This document shows positions 60,171-64,000 of a DNA stretch of 64,000 bases, piece by piece. This DNA is from an uncultured Mediterraneibacter sp. (GTDB lineage: Bacteria; Bacillota; Clostridia; Lachnospirales; Lachnospiraceae). Position 1 is the stretch's first letter. Every line of letters starts with the position of its first letter. The stretch spans positions 2,194 to 66,193 of the forward strand of contig CALWQS010000002.1 in assembly GCA_944383745.1 (NCBI GenBank). The letters run 5' to 3'. Both the position numbers and the translations under genes were made by a program. The notes below the pieces were generated by a model, which saw only the letters and a list, made by a program, of their open reading frames with translations, ran no database searches and had not been told where the DNA came from.

Positions 60171-61352
60171 TTAAAACGGCACGCCGTTTTTGTGCTTTTC
60201 AAGAAGCGTATGGATCTTGTCGGTCGGATTCAGAACAGCGCCGATGGTGACATCATGGTTCAGAGAATCAATAATCAGAGCGAGGAACTTGCTCATATCG
60301 GCCTGTACAAAATACGGTTTCTCATAAAGAACTGGCGGAAGGTACGTCAGGTTAGTGGTGACGACCTTGTTAATGTAGCCTTTGTCATAATAGTCGTCGA
60401 AACTGTCAAAGCCGTCTGTGAAAAGCCCGAAAGTAGTGCATACAAAGACTCTGCCGGCATTGCGTTCCTTGAGCTTCTTTGCCACATCCAGCATACTCCC
60501 TCCGGAAGAGATCATATCATCTACGATGATCACATCTTTCCCGCGCACGTCGTCGCCGAGAAATTCGTGTGCGACGATCGGATTCTTGCCGCCTACGATT
60601 CTTGAATAATCGCGGCGCTTGTAGAACATTCCCATGTCCACGCCGAGGACATTGGAGAAATATACCGCGCGGTGCATCGCGCCCTCATCCGGGCTGATGA
60701 TCATAAGGTGATCCTTGTCCGGAATGATGTCCGGAACAGCACGGAACAGTGCTTTCAAAAACTGGTACGGCGGATTGAAGCTGTCGAATCCGCTCAGCGG
60801 AATCGCATTCTGCACACGGGGATCGTGGGCGTCAAAGGTAATGATATTGGAAACGCCCATTGCGTTCAGCTCTTCTAAAGCGAGCGCACAGTCAAGAGAC
60901 TCGCGCTTCGTGCGCTTGTGCTGACGGCTCTCATAGAGGAATGGCATGATCACGTTGATCCTGCGAGCCTTTCCCGTAGCGGCGGAGATGATTCTCTTCA
61001 AATCCTGATAATGGTCATCCGGCGACATATGGTTCAGGTGGCCGTTTACCGTGTAGGTAAGGCTGTAGTTGCATACATCTGTCATGATAAAGAGGTCTGT
61101 TCCGCGAATCGTCTCTTTAAGGATGCCCTTCGCTTCGCCCGAGCCAAAACGCGGGCAGCTGCAGTTCACGAGATAATTATTCGAGCGGTAATTGACGTAC
61201 AGCGGGGATTCGGTTACTTCACTGATGGTGTTCTCCCGGAAGGAAACGATATAATCATTTACTTTCTGGCCCAGCGACCTGCAGCTTTCCATCGCCGCGA
61301 TCTTAAGGGGAGCTACCGGAAGAGTTTTTTCTAACACTTCGATGTTTGACAT
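60171..61352 (-). CDS. prs: Ribose-phosphate pyrophosphokinase
   Basis: RFGSGE, PFLYESRQ, FDAH, SPDEG and VDDMISSGGS motifs. ATG 61352 after AGGAG. Confidence 0.9.
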   Translation of the reverse strand: MSNIEVLEKTLPVAPLKIAAMESCRSLGQKVNDYIVSFRENTISEVTESPLYVNYRSNNYLVNCSCPRFGSGEAKGILKETIRGTDLFIMTDVCNYSLTYTVNGHLNHMSPDDHYQDLKRIISAATGKARRINVIMPFLYESRQHKRTKRESLDCALALEELNAMGVSNIITFDAHDPRVQNAIPLSGFDSFNPPYQFLKALFRAVPDIIPDKDHLMIISPDEGAMHRAVYFSNVLGVDMGMFYKRRDYSRIVGGKNPIVAHEFLGDDVRGKDVIIVDDMISSGGSMLDVAKKLKERNAGRVFVCTTFGLFTDGFDSFDDYYDKGYINKVVTTNLTYLPPVLYEKPYFVQADMSKFLALIIDSLNHDVTIGAVLNPTDKIHTLLEKHKNGVPF

Positions 61353-61616
61353 GATTTTCTCCTGTGATAATGTGATGTCCGGCATGCCGGACTGACTTGT
61401 TTACATATATCGTTATATCATTTTTCAAGTATAAATTCAAGCATAGCTTTGCGCGGGAAGCGAATTATGATATACTAAAGACGTGGTCCGCTCACAGGAG
61501 CTTAAGCGCCGCAGATCCGTATCGCGGACGGCGGGGGAGCGGGCTTTGTCATGCAGCGGCACGGTCCGGACAGTAAGGGCGGCGCCGCGGGAAAAGATCA
61601 GGAGTTCACAGAATAG

Positions 61617-62933
61617 ATGAAAAAACATGAACATATCGTAAAGAATACTGCGGCGGGAAGCATCGCCGAGGAGATGGGGATTGAACCGGGCGACCGCCTT
61701 ATTTCTATTGACGGTCAGGAGATAGAAGACGTCTTTGACTATCAGTTCTATGAAGAGAGCGAGGAGCTGGTCCTTCTCATCGAGAAGCCTGACGGAGAAC
61801 AGTGGGAACTGGAGATCGAGAAAGAGGCGGATGAGCCTCTCGGGATCGAGTTCGGGCAGGGGCTGATGGATGAATACCGGTCCTGCCGCAACAAATGCAT
61901 CTTCTGTTTCATCGATCAGATGCCGCCGGGGATGAGAGATACGCTCTATTTCAAGGACGATGACTCAAGGCTCTCATTTCTCCAGGGAAATTATATCACT
62001 TTGACAAACATGAGCAGCCATGATGTGGAGCGGATTGTCAGATACAGGCTGGAGCCGATCAATATCTCCTTCCAGACAACGAATCCCGAGCTGAGATGCC
62101 GGATGCTCCACAACCGCTTTGCCGGGGATGCGCTGAAGAAGGTGGATATCCTCTACCGGGGCGGGATCGAGATGAACGGCCAGATCGTCCTCTGCAAAGG
62201 GGTCAACGACGGGGAAGAGCTGGAACGCTCCATCCGTGACCTGACACGGTATCTTCCTCTGCTGAAAAGCGTCTCGGTCGTGCCTGTGGGTCTGACCAGG
62301 TTCCGGGAGGGATTATATCCGCTGGAGCCGTTCACAAGGGAGGAAGCGCGGGAGGTGCTCTCTGTCATCCACCGGTGGCAGGAGAAGATCTATAAACAAT
62401 ACGGGCTGCATTTTATCCATGCAGGCGATGAATGGTATCTGCTGGCGGAGGAGGACATACCGGAGGAAGAGCGGTATGACGGATATCTCCAGCTTGAGAA
62501 CGGAGTCGGGATGCTCCGTCTTCTGTTCAATGAGTTTGAGGAAGGAATGTCCCGCCTGGGCGGCGGACCGGGAAGCGGCGCGATCTCTGCCGCCACCGGG
62601 AAGCTGGCGTATCCTTATATCCGTCGCATGGCAGACCGGGTCGAAGAACAGTTCCCCGGGAGGAAGATCCATGTGTACTGCATACGGAATGACTTTTTCG
62701 GAGAGCGGATCACAGTATCCGGCCTGGTCACGGGACAGGATATCATCGCTCAGCTCAAGGGAAAAGAACTCGGCAGCAGGCTGCTTCTCCCGTGCAATAT
62801 GCTGAAGGCAGACGAGGACGTCTTTCTGGATGATATTACCGTGAAAGAGGTATCTGATGCTTTACAAGTCCCGGTCGATATTGTAAAATCAAGCGGACAG
62901 GACCTGATTGACGCCATGCTGGGTCCTGCCTGA
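61617..62933 (+). CDS. DUF512 protein (PDZ plus radical-SAM-like Fe-S)
   Basis: GSIAEEMGIEPGD, CRNKCIFCFIDQ, KDDDSRLSF and QLENGVG motifs. Confidence 0.9.
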   Translation: MKKHEHIVKNTAAGSIAEEMGIEPGDRLISIDGQEIEDVFDYQFYEESEELVLLIEKPDGEQWELEIEKEADEPLGIEFGQGLMDEYRSCRNKCIFCFIDQMPPGMRDTLYFKDDDSRLSFLQGNYITLTNMSSHDVERIVRYRLEPINISFQTTNPELRCRMLHNRFAGDALKKVDILYRGGIEMNGQIVLCKGVNDGEELERSIRDLTRYLPLLKSVSVVPVGLTRFREGLYPLEPFTREEAREVLSVIHRWQEKIYKQYGLHFIHAGDEWYLLAEEDIPEEERYDGYLQLENGVGMLRLLFNEFEEGMSRLGGGPGSGAISAATGKLAYPYIRRMADRVEEQFPGRKIHVYCIRNDFFGERITVSGLVTGQDIIAQLKGKELGSRLLLPCNMLKADEDVFLDDITVKEVSDALQVPVDIVKSSGQDLIDAMLGPA

Positions 62934-62994
62934 GCGAAAAGATAACAGAATAGGTTAGGCTGAACAGTAACCAGAATAGGAAGGTAAAGATAAA

Positions 62995-64000
62995 ATGAGT
63001 AAACCGGTAGTTGCCATAGTAGGGCGGCCGAACGTGGGGAAATCGACACTCTTCAACTCACTTGCGGGTGAGAAGATTTCTATTGTCAAGGACACGCCCG
63101 GAGTGACAAGAGACAGGATCTATGCCGATGTATCATGGCTTGACAGAGAGTTTACAATGATCGACACAGGAGGAATCGAGCCGGACAGCAGGGATGTGAT
63201 TCTCTCACAGATGAGAGAGCAGGCGCAGATCGCTATCGACACGGCGGATGTGATCGTCTTTCTCACGGATGTGAGGCAGGGGCTCGTGGATGCGGACTCC
63301 AAAGTGGCGGATATGCTGAGGAGATCGGGGAAGCCGGTCGTCCTGGCAGTGAACAAGGTGGACAGCTTTGAGAAATATCTGCCGGATGTATATGAGTTTT
63401 ACAATCTGGGGATCGGGGACCCGATTCCGATATCGGCGGCCTCCAGGCTGGGACTCGGCGATATGCTCGACGCGGTGGCCGCGTATTTCCCGGAGAAGAC
63501 GGCGGATGAAGAGGAAGATGACCGTCCCCGCATTGCCATCGTGGGAAAGCCGAACGTGGGGAAATCGTCCATCGTCAACCGGCTTCTCGGCGAGAACCGG
63601 GTGATTGTCTCCGACATCGCGGGAACGACCCGGGACGCGGTGGATACAGAGATCGTGCACGACGGGAAAGAGTATATTTTCATCGACACAGCGGGACTCA
63701 GAAGGAAGAACAAGATTAAGGAAGAGCTGGAGCGCTACAGTATCATCCGCACCGTGACGGCTGTGGAGCGTGCAGATGTGGTTCTCATGGTCATCGACGC
63801 GGTGGAGGGCGTGACGGAGCAGGATGCAAAGATTGCCGGCATTGCCCATGAGCGCGGCAAGGGCGTTATCATTGTGGTCAATAAGTGGGACGCCATTGAG
63901 AAGAACGACCGCACGATGCGGGAGTATGAGAACAGGATACGGCAGACGCTCTCCTATATGCCCTACGCGGAGATCATGTATGTGTCTGCCCTTACGGGAC
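62995..64000 (+). CDS. der: Ribosome biogenesis GTPase Der (3'-truncated by the window edge)
   Basis: [22 protein letters not shown], a second [13 protein letters not shown] and NKWD; open to the window end. Confidence 0.96.
   Translation, partial: MSKPVVAIVGRPNVGKSTLFNSLAGEKISIVKDTPGVTRDRIYADVSWLDREFTMIDTGGIEPDSRDVILSQMREQAQIAIDTADVIVFLTDVRQGLVDADSKVADMLRRSGKPVVLAVNKVDSFEKYLPDVYEFYNLGIGDPIPISAASRLGLGDMLDAVAAYFPEKTADEEEDDRPRIAIVGKPNVGKSSIVNRLLGENRVIVSDIAGTTRDAVDTEIVHDGKEYIFIDTAGLRRKNKIKEELERYSIIRTVTAVERADVVLMVIDAVEGVTEQDAKIAGIAHERGKGVIIVVNKWDAIEKNDRTMREYENRIRQTLSYMPYAEIMYVSALTG

Overview
Mostly core chromosome of a spore-forming Clostridia, most likely Lachnospiraceae (inferred from gene content and protein style). 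Nearly all genes are on the + strand. In order: ABC-F ATPase 5' end, patatin, ppk1, galM, topB, a GlmU-like acetyltransferase, mgsA, a Na+/solute symporter, recA-recX-rny, spoIIM/spoVB-like genes, Rrf2-iscS-iscU-mnmA, gap-pgk-tpiA/gpmI, greA, a CoA-activase fusion, pyk, lysA, tRNA-Leu(CAA), polA-coaE, tmcAL, mgtE, pta-ackA, yceD-rpmF-plsX-acpP-rnc-smc-ftsY, ilvA, prs, DUF512 and der. The one clearly accessory segment is an AT-rich four-gene cassette of about 2.6 kb (23665-26260) that splits tpiA from gpmI. It encodes two ~90-aa WXG100-sized proteins, a protein with a helical N-terminal domain and a papain-like Cys/His C-terminal domain, and an overlapping lipoprotein. This layout suggests an orphan type VII secretion toxin-immunity module. 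Non-coding highlights are two very long fold-back elements before recA, a REP-like element with 19-bp direct repeats between pgk and tpiA, a perfect SOS box, and candidate Rrf2 and Rex operators. All calls come from reading the sequence and recalling motifs; no database searches were run.
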